A stretch of 62,224 nt of DNA, the filler included, from Pirum gemmata (Eukaryota): assembly GCA_002812295.1 (NCBI GenBank). It is 16 parts of 16 records of this genome, joined end to end, with 100 filler letters (N's around TTAATTAATTAA, not from the genome) between each part and the next. Parts side by side here need not be neighbours in the genome. Positions count along the whole stretch, not along the records: positions 1 to 3,491 come from PDIN01002384.1; positions 3,592 to 7,791 come from PDIN01002385.1; positions 7,892 to 11,436 come from PDIN01002386.1; positions 11,537 to 15,050 come from PDIN01002387.1; 12 more parts are not named here. One strand, written 5' to 3'. A program made the translations under genes and the position numbers. The notes under the pieces are model-generated. The model searched no databases. It was not told where the DNA came from and saw only the letters and a list, made by a program, of their open reading frames with translations. This document shows positions 1 through 11,649 of this stretch, one piece after another. How positions within the stretch are numbered: the stretch's first letter is position 1; each line of letters opens with the position of its first letter.

Positions 1-31
<31 letters not shown>

Positions 32-1089
32 CTAGCATTAATTAATTAACACCAAAAAATAGCTGCAGAATTTTTTATTCGGTTTCTTTTCCGTTTACTT
101 TGTTCAATAATATAATTTTTGTCATTCTATTTTTTTTCATGTTCATGTTTGAATAAAGATTCGGAAATAAAAATTTCCAATTTTTTATTTGTCATTTTTG
201 TGTTTTATGAATTTATACTTTTATTTATTAATACAACATTTTAAACTTTTATAAATTTATGCTGTTTCTTTCATACACACATAAGCTTTACACTCTGCTT
301 ATTAATATACCTTTCTGAAAACTAACATTCTAAATAATCATTTACAAATACAAATTATTATTACATAATTAATCTGTAAGATATCAAACATAAAATTATA
401 CACTAGTACTTAAACTTAATTCAATCATAGCTAAATAAATAAGCTCGACGTAAAATAATAGTTTCGAGAATAAAATTTTATGTGCATTCAATCGATTAAT
501 CATAATTATTACCAAGCAGTTAGCATATTATTGAGATTTCACCACAATACACCCCCATCAATTCACTAAACTATTCATGTTACCTATACCAACCTTAACT
601 TATTTCACAATATTATTATAATATGCTATTAACACGCTCAATTCTTATGCTCACTTATAACCTTTCTCTCAGTTCACAGTCATTTTTTTTTCGCAGCAAT
701 TTCCCAATTGACCTACTTACTTTAGCACATACCTTTTACCACTATATCAAACCACTCACGTTTTCAACTTAGTAACAACGATACACAACATAACTACTAA
801 TATCGATTTTGATTCACATATGATACTACTATCGATGTTTATCACGAACATTAAAATTTTAAAGACTTGTAGGTGGCCGTGATATTATTTAAAAAATTTA
901 ATAATAGAATTTAAAAATAAATTTTAATTTTTTTTAAAGGTGGACAAAACTACTACAGTACAGTATAAATCATTTTTTTTTCGACTTCTTTTCTAAAAAG
1001 CTTTTTTAAAAAAAATTGGATCATTTTGAGTCACCAGTTTTATCTGGCTTGGTACATCTTGGTACCTGATCTTGGTACATAGTAACAAA

Positions 1090-3126
1090 TATTATAAATG
1101 ATATATTGATATAATATTGATATAATACTGTTGGTTCAAACACTTTAACTGGTCAATATTTATTATGTTGTGCATGTGAAACTATTAAGGGGTTTTGATT
1201 GGTCCGCGTTTTTAGAGAGCTGTGAAAGAATTATGGCAATCGGGATTCGGGTCCAATTTCGGGAGTCCATCTGTAGCCAGATGCTGTGGCACTACTGTGT
1301 GGTCTTGAAGGTTAATACTAGGTAGACTGAAGACAAAGTGAATATGGTGAATTGGTATCGGGTACAGTCTTACAAGCACTTGTGTATTGAGAGTATATAT
1401 GACATTGTATGTGAAAATAAGATGATAGCAAGTATTACAAGATAATTATTATATAAGTTGAAGGAATTCAGTATATTCTGGAAGAATGTAAATTCAGTGT
1501 GATAGAGATATAAATGTATAAATAGAAGAAAACTAGAGAGGTTAATGTCAGAAAAAGACAGAAGTCACAAAATAACATGGGAGACTAACCCTAACCCTAA
1601 CAAAAAGAAAAAGAAAAAGCTTATTACGAAACAAGCGGATACAGATAGCAACTGTTGGAGCAAGAGGCTAAGGACAGTGATAAGAAAGGTACAAAGAAAA
1701 AGAAAAAGGCCATCTATAACCAAAAAGTGAAGGATAGGAGAAGTACAAAAGAATGGTACAAAAAGAAAAAGAAAAAGATATCACGAATCAAGCAGATACG
1801 GATAGCAAACTGTTGGAGCAAGAGGCTACGGATAGTGATAAGAAATTTAAAGGTACAAAGAAAAGGAAAAAGACTATCAAGAAGCAAAAAGTGAAGGATA
1901 GCAGATGTGCAAATTTTAATGGTACAAACCAATTGCAAAATCATGTAGATAAAGATAAAACAAACAAAAAGAGGGGCTTTGCATCGATATCACTAATTAA
2001 AATTAATAGCTGTAGAATGAGTATTAGTTTTATACTATTGTTGGATTGCAGTATAGTGTTACGGGTTGGTTTAAACATCATAGAGTCTAGGCCAGAATAG
2101 GTATCAGTTCGAAAAAGGAAACTGGTAAGCTGCTAGAGCGAGTTATTGTGCAGCAAGTGTCTGGGAGAAAACCATAACTAGAACAGGAGCCAGAGCCTTA
2201 GATGGGTTTAATGTCAGCCGTGAAAATTGAAAATGTTTAATGCCAAACCTTGGTAAGGATTAATACTAGGTTTGTTATAATTAGTTGTTAAATTAATTAT
2301 GTAATGAAACATGATATATTTATGTTAACGTTTCGATGTGATTATAAATGGCAATTATTAGTGGTTAACGATCGCGATAAAGAAGAAAGAAATGATATAT
2401 GTTTGTAAACATAATATTATGGTGGAGTTATTAATGTGCAATTGAAGTGATATTATATATATGTTTGTGGACACAATATGGTGGAGTTATTAATGTGTGC
2501 ACGTGTAATCGAAACAATGGTGGAAATTTTAGATTAGACTACGCTTTTAGTTAATTAAAGTATCCGAATGGTGGAGAATTTGATTAATGTTGATTATGAA
2601 TTTTAGTTAAAGTATTCGAATGGTGGAGAAAGGATATTATATAATATTAGTTATAATATTGATGTAATGTTCGAACACTTTAACTGGTCAATATTTATTA
2701 TGTTGTGACTTGTGAAACTATTAAGGGGTTTTGATTGGTCCGAGTTTTTAGAGAAGTGTGAAAGAATGTGTCAATCGAAATTCATCTGTAGCCACTAGCT
2801 AGCTAGCCTAGCTAGCTAGTACTACTGTGTGGCATTGAAGGGAAATATTTACAGGTATGGACGTTAATAGACCTACTAGGTAGATTGAAGACAAAGTGAA
2901 TATGGTGAATTTGTATTGGGTACAGTCTTGCCAACACTTGTGTATTGAGGGTATGTATGACATTATATGTGAAGATAATTATAAGATGATGACAAGTATT
3001 ACAAGATAAGTTGAAGGAATTCAGTATATTCTAGATCTGGAAGAATGTAAATTCAGTGTGATAGAGATAATAATTATAGAAACTTAGAGGTGAATGTCAG
3101 AAAAAGACAGAAGTCACAAAATAACA
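1090..3126 (+). mobile_element. Non-autonomous LTR retroelement (TRIM/LARD-like), LTRs about 1090-1577 and 2635-3126
   Basis: Two direct repeats of 488 and 492 bp begin TATTAT (probably decayed TGTTAT) and end ATAACA. TGG follows the 5' copy (1578). The purine tract GGTGGAGAAAGGA precedes the 3' copy (2622-2634). There is no gag/pol ORF, an internal ~160-bp tandem duplication lies at 1600-1901, and no target-site duplication was found. Confidence 0.7.
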
Positions 3127-3491
3127 TTGTATTATTAATATTATTAATATAATATAATATTATGAATATTAATATATTATATGTGTAATTTGTCAGTCGT
3201 TATGAAACTAATAAAGTGTTATTTGCTCTGTTATATTGTTGATATTATATGTATTATTAAAAAACCAATAAAAATAAATCATTTAACAATAGTGCGGTCA
3301 ACCAACCGTCAACGTTAATTATATATTTATACATTATGCAGAACACTCAAATAATTATTCGAATACTAGTTTGTTGTTTGTTGCTTTTTGTTTGTTGTTT
3401 GTTGTTTGTTGTTTGTTGTTTGTGGTTTGTGGTTTGTGGTTTGTTGTTTGTGGTTTGTTGTTTGTTGTTTGTGGTTTGTGGTTTGTGGTTT

Positions 3492-3591
3492 NNNNNNNNN
3501 NNNNNNNNNNNNNNNNNNNNNNNNNNNNNNNNNNNTTAATTAATTAANNNNNNNNNNNNNNNNNNNNNNNNNNNNNNNNNNNNNNNNNNNN
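3492..3591. other. Artificial 100-nt scaffold linker (N44-TTAATTAATTAA-N44), first of 15
   Basis: Identical linkers start at 3492, 7792, 11437, 15051, 18587, 22205, 25837, 29436, 33025, 37770, 41392, 44864, 50656, 54296 and 57945. The core gives stops in all six frames. Confidence 0.97.
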
Positions 3592-3939
3592 TTTTTTTTT
3601 TTTTGCATTTGCATTTGCATTTGTATGCATCTGTGGTATGCTAGCATTTGTATGCCTTTGCCTTTTGCCTTTTGGCCCTTCTTATCCTTTGCCTTTTCAA
3701 ATAGGGTATATAATATTATATTCGATCCCGTCCCTGGAGGTGGTAATTGCGGACATATTATGTATATATTTGATTTTGTGCTTTTTATTTATTTGTTACT
3801 CTGAATATTTATTTGGTACCTTTAAAAATTAACATTTTTAAATTAACAAATAGCTAATAAAATATACCAAATGAAATGAAATGGATTTATAAAGTATTAA
3901 TTTGTTTAGTTTAGTTAACGTTGTTTTGTTGTTTTGTTT

Positions 3940-4710
3940 ACTTGTTTAGTTGTATAATTGTGTAGTAGTTTAATTGTGTAGTAGTTTAGTTGTCTAGTTA
4001 TTTAGTTGTTTAGTTGTTTAGTTGTTTAGTTGTTTATTAATAGTTGCTTAGTTGTTTAGTTGTTTAATTGTTTAGTTGTTTAGTTTAGTTGTTGAATTGT
4101 TTAGTTGTTTAGTTGTTTAGTTGTTTAGTTGTTTAGTTGTTGAATTGTTTAGTTGTTTAGTTGTTTAGTTGTTTAGTTGTTTAGTCGTTTTATATATTTG
4201 ATTTTGTCCTTTTTATTTATTCGTTACTCTGAACATTTATTTGGTGGGTTATAACCTTTAAATTTGTTTAATTGTTTAGTAATTTAGTAGTTGTTTGGTT
4301 GTTTAGTTGTTTAGTTGTTTAGTTGTTTAGTTAACGTTGTTTAGTTGTTTAGTTGTTTAGTTGTTTAGTTGTTTAGTTGTTTAGTTGTTTAGCTGTTTAG
4401 TTGTTTAGTTGTTTAGTTGTTTAGCTGTTTAGTTGTTTAGTTGTTTAGTTGTTTAGTTGTTTAGTTGTTTGGTTGTTTAGTTGTTTAGTTGTTTAGTTGT
4501 TTAGTTGTTTAGTTTAGTTGTTTAGTTGTTTAGATTATTTAGTTTAGTTGTTTAGTTGTTTAGTTGTTTAGTTGTTTAGTTGTTTAGTTGTTTAGTTGTT
4601 TAGTTGTTAATTAGTTTTTTAGTCGTTAGTTGTTTAGTTAACGTTGTTCAGTTTTTAGTTTAATTGTTTAATTGTTTAGTTGTTTAGTTGCTTAGTTGTT
4701 TATTTAGTTG
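3940..4710. repeat. (TTGTTTAG)n octamer satellite
   Basis: Directly visible tandem array with interruptions. Confidence 0.95.
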
Positions 4711-5010
4711 TTTATATTAATAATAATAATAATATTAATAATAATAATAAGAATGATATGATAATAATACTAATAATAATCAAAGTAGTGGGGGTCTTTG
4801 GAAAAAAAAAAAAGGAAAAAGAAAGACATAAGGACAGGCACGCCGCACACAATCAAAAAGGCATCATTACATGCCTGTCCCCATATCCCTGAATATAGTG
4901 AGTGCCACACCTTTTTTTTTTGTCACACCTGAAAACTACGTTTACACTTTTTCCAAAAAAAAAAAAATCGAACACATTTTCAAATCAAGCTTTTTTTTCC
5001 ACATGTTAAA

Positions 5011-5776
5011 GGGTAAGGGTTAGGGTTAGGGGTTAGGGTCAGGGTTAGGGTTAGGGTTAGGGTTAGGGTTAGGGATACAAGGAGTTCAAACTTCAAATTG
5101 TCACAGCTCGAGTGTTCGAGGTGATTTTCGAGCTCGAGATGAAGTTGCTACGTCATATCAGGCTCGGAACAGGTTTAGAAGAAATAGGTTAAGGGCCTGA
5201 GGCCTGTGTAAAGATTTGGGCTAAGTTAATCATGTAAATAGTTGTTTCCTTTGATAATTTCAAAAGATGTACATAAAGGAAGAGTAATAGCATATGTGTG
5301 AGGAAAAGAATTATAAACAGATCAAAATTGTTATAACTATAAACTCGTTATTATAATATTTACTAATAATAAACATATTTTAAATATATTGCAATACAAT
5401 CATAACGAGTAATCATAGACATACAAAAAGAAACGTGTCGAATATAAACGTGATTACTGAAGGTAAAGGATGAAATGCAATGGGTAATATTGCATAATTT
5501 CTTTTCGGAATTGAATATATTGAGAATCCATTGTTTTTTATTTTTAGTATAATGTAATAATTTTCATAAATAAACATAAATAAACGTTACTATACATATA
5601 ATTACATAATAGCTACTAAGGTTCAGTTCTCGATTAAGAAAAACGGCAAAGCTATTACCAAAAAAAAAAAAATTCTTGACTTCCTCGCTTAGAGCTACTA
5701 CTAGAGCTACCCTAACCCTAACCCTAACCCTAACCCTAACCCTAACCCTAACCCTAACCCTAACCTTAACCCTAAC
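5011..5776. repeat. Inverted pair of telomeric arrays, (TTAGGG)n 5011-5074 and (CCCTAA)n 5710-5776, around a ~635-bp spacer
   Basis: Directly visible hexamer arrays within one contig. Confidence 0.9.
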
Positions 5777-7023
5777 AGTTAGGAACTTAGGAACTCCTCC
5801 GGGTCCTCCCAGTCTCCTCTTACGAATCTACGATATCTACGATAGCAAAAAACAAAAAAACAAAAAAAAAAAACAATAAATTTATAATAACCAATTGAAA
5901 TCATTTTTCGTAGAAGAAGGCCGAAACAATACGTTGTGATTGGGCTATTATCAAACACTGATGCCTGGAGTGACAGTGGAGTGACTGGAGTCTGGACCCA
6001 ACTTGGCAACTTCACCCAAGGAGTCTGGACTCTGGAGTCTGGACCAACCTGCCATCCCTCAGCCTGCCATCCACTACTCATCCACTCAAGAATTCTCAGC
6101 AAGAATTCTAACTGGAGCGCTGCAGTTCTGGTCGCAGTTCGAAACTTCGAGTTAGGTTCGAGAGTGTTCGTCGTTCGAGTGACAAAAAAAGCTCGTTATT
6201 GTGTTTTTCAAAAGCTGAAAAAAACATACCAAATTAATAATATAGTGAAACTATCGGGCATATTTCAATTAATTTAGTACTATAATATGAATATGTTTTA
6301 TTTTATAAACAAGTTCAATGGTACACTTAAAACAGTACCAAAATTAAAGATCGAGAGTATCGATACAATTTTAAAATAAAATAGAAAATATATCAATTAC
6401 AGATCGGATCAAACCGCTTATGCGTTATAACTTATACAGACCTCATTGGTTTTTGTTGTGTGGTGGTGTGGTATGATTATATTGACTAATGGTATTTGAC
6501 TTTTTCCAGTTGACTTTATTTATGATACAACCTCCCCTCACTAGAAAAAAACCCAACATCTTTTTTTTAAATATATCATATTATTATATTTTTAAAAAAT
6601 ATTTGTCCAAAGCCACCATCATTTTGTTAATGACCACAATAATGGTTATTGAAAAATATTAATGTTACCAAGCATAATATATCATGATATTATGTATTAT
6701 ATTAAAATTGATACTTATAATATTATGAAGTCAAAGCTGTTATTAACGTTGTTGATGATTTTCTATGAGAATCACTTGCCATAAATATTGACGGGTGGTA
6801 GCACTAGTAGGCTTACTTTTATTTTTTATTTTTTATATGATATATATATAAATAATAATAATAAAAGTGGTGTACTGTATAATTTATAAAGTGTATCGTG
6901 TTTTGTGGTTTTCTCAATAGTTTTGCCCAATTCAAAACTGAAATAAACGTTAACGTTTTAATGTACCAAAATTTTTAATGTACCAGTATAGTAAAACTAT
7001 TAATTAATATTGTATTTTATAAG

Positions 7024-7159
7024 CTAACCCTAACCATAACCCCAACCTGAGTCCTAAGCCCTAACCCTAATCCTAACCCTAACCCTAACCCTAACCCTAA
7101 CCCTAACCCTAACCCTAACCCTAACCCTAACCCTAACCCTAACCCTAACCCTAACCCTA
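7024..7159. repeat. (CCCTAA)n array at a contig end
   Basis: The array runs into the single n at 7160. The C-rich strand at the right end is the wrong orientation for a chromosome terminus. Confidence 0.9.
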
Positions 7160-8482
7160 NTATTCTTATTCTTATTCTTATTCTTATTCTTATTCTTATT
7201 CTTATTACTAGTATGAGTGATATATAAAATTATGCGTTAGTTTATATAAAAAAAAAGGAAAGAAAAAAAAAACTAAACAAATCCCTGAAGGTAAAGGAGA
7301 AGAAATTGTTATAGAAAATCAACAAAGTCCATACATATAATTAATTATATTCAAATACCAATAACATTTATTATTATTATTTAACAATATTATCAATAAT
7401 GGAAACCTTATAAATTAATAATAACATCTATAATAACATATTATTAAAGCTTGTATTTTTACAAACAGAACACTAGATCTTACTGAGTGGTAATCTTGGA
7501 AACTTCAGCAACATGTCAGCAGGAGCCAATAGTTTGAAGGGTGGGTTAAGGGAGGTTGGGGGTGATAAAAATCGAAAATTTGATCACGTAATATATCATG
7601 ATATAATATAGTACAAAATATGATATTTAAATTTTTAAAGTATTATTATTTTTTTACATGCGATACATACTATCATTCATAATAATTATGTATACGTATT
7701 ATTCTTCTTTTTTCGCTTTACACATGTTTGTAGTATGGCAAAAAAAAAAAAAAAAGTAAGTGAAGCAAACAAAACAAAACCAAAACCAAAANNNNNNNNN
7801 NNNNNNNNNNNNNNNNNNNNNNNNNNNNNNNNNNNTTAATTAATTAANNNNNNNNNNNNNNNNNNNNNNNNNNNNNNNNNNNNNNNNNNNNTAATGTTAG
7901 AGTTAAGGTTAGGGTTAAGTTTTTGGCTATAACAAAATATCCGCTATATATGAGCGCAAAAATCCAAAAAATCTCAGAATGATCCAATTTTAATAATAGT
8001 GCTACCAAATATTTTAAAAGTTATTTAAATAATAAAACTCTATTAAGAATCAATTGCTAATTTTTAAAAATAATTTGGCATGTGAAAAATAAAGGTTTTT
8101 AGAAAAGAACTAAAAAAAAAAAATGATTTCTACAGTTTTATCCGGCTTTTTTTAAAAAAAAAATATAAGTAAAAAACAAAAAACTTCATAAAACATTACC
8201 CAAATATTACTAATATAGTAATGAATATTACAATGGTATGGTGCCAATAATTTAGAAACGGCCAACTTTTATGTTCCATTAGAAATGTCCGCTTTCGAAA
8301 ATGAATAATCTGATTAGTATTTAAAAAATAGGTTTGAAATTTTCGAACATAAAGAAAAAGTTTAGACTTTACTTTTAAATTTTAAAAAATAAAAAAAAAG
8401 TTAGACGTTTTTAGATTGACGTTTTTAGATTAATTGCACCATAAATATTACTAATATAGTAATGAATATGGTGCAGTAAAAA

Positions 8483-8696
8483 AGTAGGGGTGAGATGACG
8501 TGATTTTGCCAGAACTTTTTCGATTTTATTGTTTTTAATACTATTAATGTTAATATTTTTCTTTTAATTGATACCAATATAATTAGATTTACTATTTTAA
8601 GTTATTTAACTGCTATTATTAGTAAAAACATGGAACTAAGGTTGGCTCGATAAGTCTATGTTCGAAAAAAGTTCCAGTAAATATCTCACCCCTACT
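8483..8696 (+). mobile_element. hAT-type MITE (family E), copy 1
   Basis: Perfect 14-bp TIR AGTAGGGGTGAGAT...ATCTCACCCCTACT. 8-bp target duplication AGTAAAAA at 8475-8482 and 8697-8704. A second copy lies at 21127-21365. Confidence 0.85.
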
Positions 8697-9278
8697 AGTA
8701 AAAATTACGATGGTATGCCTAACCCATAATCAACAGTGAGTCAATGACTCGACGACAATGAAAAAACAGCAACACTAACAACCAATGATATTTAAATTAA
8801 TAAAAATGAAATTTTAATAAACCAATAAACATTTTGTTCTGTAGTTTAGATATTTTTATTATGGCCAATGAAATATTGACAACCATATTTATCTTTGTAA
8901 AATGTGAAAAAACGCTGTGAAAATAATGTGAAAATAGTGCTGTGAAAAAGTGTGCAAATTCTGGGATAAGTTCTGGGATAGGTCTAGCTACTACTAGACT
9001 ATGATACTAGCTAGACCCGTCTAGACTCTACAGCGCTTTTCATTTATTTTGTGGCTCTGAATATTTATTTGGTTGGTTATAATTTTTTAATTGACATTGT
9101 TAAATGAATAAATAGATTATAAAATATACCAAATTAAATGAAAAGGGTTTATATTGTATTAATTTGGTACCCTTTAGAAAAAGTCAAAAATAGTGCTGTA
9201 AAAAGTGTACAAATCCCTAGGTACAAATCCTGGGATAGGTCTAGCTACTAACGTTACTACTATGATATTGATACTACA

Positions 9279-9459
9279 GCGCTTTTCATTGACTTTGTCG
9301 CTCCGAATATTTATTTGGTTGGTTATAATTTTTTAATTAACATTGTTAAATAAATAAATAGATAATAAAATATACCAAATTAAATGAAATAGATTTATAT
9401 TGTATTAATTTGGTACCCTTTATTGTATATTTTATGATGACAAAACAACTGAAAAGCAC
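9279..9459 (+). mobile_element. ~180-bp MITE, family A
   Basis: Ends GCGCTTTTCATT...AACTGAAAAGCAC form an imperfect ~22-bp TIR. Partial copies lie at 3778-3904, 9033-9176, 19853-19990 and 54396-54480. Confidence 0.8.
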
Positions 9460-9967
9460 GAAACTACTTTAAAAATGATATAATCTATCAATATTCTAAA
9501 GTAAATTTGATTATTAATAATAAAAGCAATTTGGGTTTTACAATATGTATAGATTATTATAATATATCATTTGTAATAAGTGCTCTTCCAGTCGATAATG
9601 AACTTTGACTATTTTATTGTGTAAAAGAAAACGATCCCGAAGCTTTTTAAGTATGAAATGAGAGTTTACAATTGATTTCCTCTTTTGTCATATTTGTTAC
9701 CTTGTTTATTCATATTCACTTTTTTACATTCATATTCACCTGTGTTTAGTAATTAAATTTAAATATTCTAATATTTCTAAGTTGAGTCGGACAGATTTGG
9801 TAAGGTTAGCTACTTTGTATTTTTTTACTACTTTTGTTACTCATATTCACTTTTTTTCAATCATATTCACTTTAATTTAGCAATATGACTTCCTTTTATA
9901 TATTACCAAAAACTACTATTTTAAGTTCCCAAGTTACTAGTTACGGAAACATTATTACTATTTAAAG

Positions 9968-10192
9968 AGGGTTAGGGTTAGGGTTAGGGTTAGGGTTAGG
10001 GTTAGGGTTAGGGTTAGGGTTAGGGTTAGGGTTAGGGGTTAACCTAGGTAGGCTATGATGATCACTTAAGTGTCCTTAAGTGTCACAGTTGTGTCACGTA
10101 TCATGTAGAGTCTGAGTAGACTAGGGCCCGGGAAGTGTTAACCCTAACCCTAACCCTAACCCTAACCCTAACCCTAACCCTAACCCTAACCC
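9968..10192. repeat. Inverted telomeric cassette: (GGGTTA)n - ~95-bp spacer - (TAACCC)n
   Basis: Directly visible. The inner boundaries GGGGTTAAC and GTTAACCC mirror each other. Confidence 0.9.
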
Positions 10193-11561
10193 AGCCTTAT
10201 TCACCCGGCCTTATATATATGTGTATATAATGCCAAGGTCTTTAAATTTCGTTTCTTAGGGTCTTCGGGGAGTGGTTTTGTTTTATAGGATTATATACGA
10301 TATTATATATTATACTATTAATATATTATAAATTACTTGACTTTACTTTTTATTCTAGGATCTCATGACTAGAATCTGATGACTGCATAATTTTATAAAT
10401 TGTTAACGTTTGTAATTTTAATCGCTAAAAATTTAAAATAGCTATAAGCAATTTGAACTTTATTTGATAGTTTTGATAGATATTAATATTTTTTTTATCA
10501 AATTTGTATGTACATTCTTTTGCAGATATTGTGCATAAAATCATCGTTCTGTTCTGGTAATTTAGTCTGCAAAATTTACAAGGTTGGGTAAATTGCTCTG
10601 AATTAAAAACAATCATCATCATCATCATTCCAGGATCTGATATGCATGTTTGGTAGATATTTTTTATCAACTTTGTATAATTATCGATATTGTCTATTTC
10701 ATTAATTTGGTACTATTTAAGTGTTTTTATAATGACATTTGTTTATAAAATGCAACGTTAACATTAAGTATAAAATACCAAACATGTTTAAATTTGATAG
10801 TTTTACCATAATGCGTTTATTTCAGTTTTTGAGCTGGACAACACTATATATAATATTGTCATCATAAAAATATAATAAAGACTAATTTAATTTAATGCCA
10901 ACTAACCCTAAATAAAATTAAAATAATATCAAAAAATATTGTTTAGTAATTTTTTTTGTTCTTTTTACTTATTTTATAATTTTTTTATATTTTTTTATAT
11001 TAATTACATGTTTGTGTTTGCGTATATTTGCGTGTTTGTAATTTATAACAGTAGCAGTGGCAGTAATAATATTAATAGTAATAGTAGTAGCATTGTTATA
11101 TATGTTGCTACTGTTGTTACTATATTTAGACACTTTTTGCGGGATAAACAGATATTACTAGTACTGTTACTGTTATTCTTATATTATATTGTTAATTAAA
11201 ATTATATTATATTATTATTAATGTTGCTATAGCTATTGGTATTGTTAGTAATATTGTTAATATTTTTATTAATATTGTTGTTGTTATTGTTATTTTATTG
11301 AGTGTTATTGTTATTTTTATTATATATTACAATATTGTTATTAATTATAATATATAATCTAATAATATAATACACTATAATATTTTTATTGTTATATAAT
11401 TATATATTATCGCTATATTAATTATTATTATTATTANNNNNNNNNNNNNNNNNNNNNNNNNNNNNNNNNNNNNNNNNNNNTTAATTAATTAANNNNNNNN
11501 NNNNNNNNNNNNNNNNNNNNNNNNNNNNNNNNNNNNTTACTATTTTACTAATATATTAATA

Positions 11562-11616
<55 letters not shown>

Positions 11617-11649
11617 TTATAGGGTTAATCACAAGAAATATAACTAATT

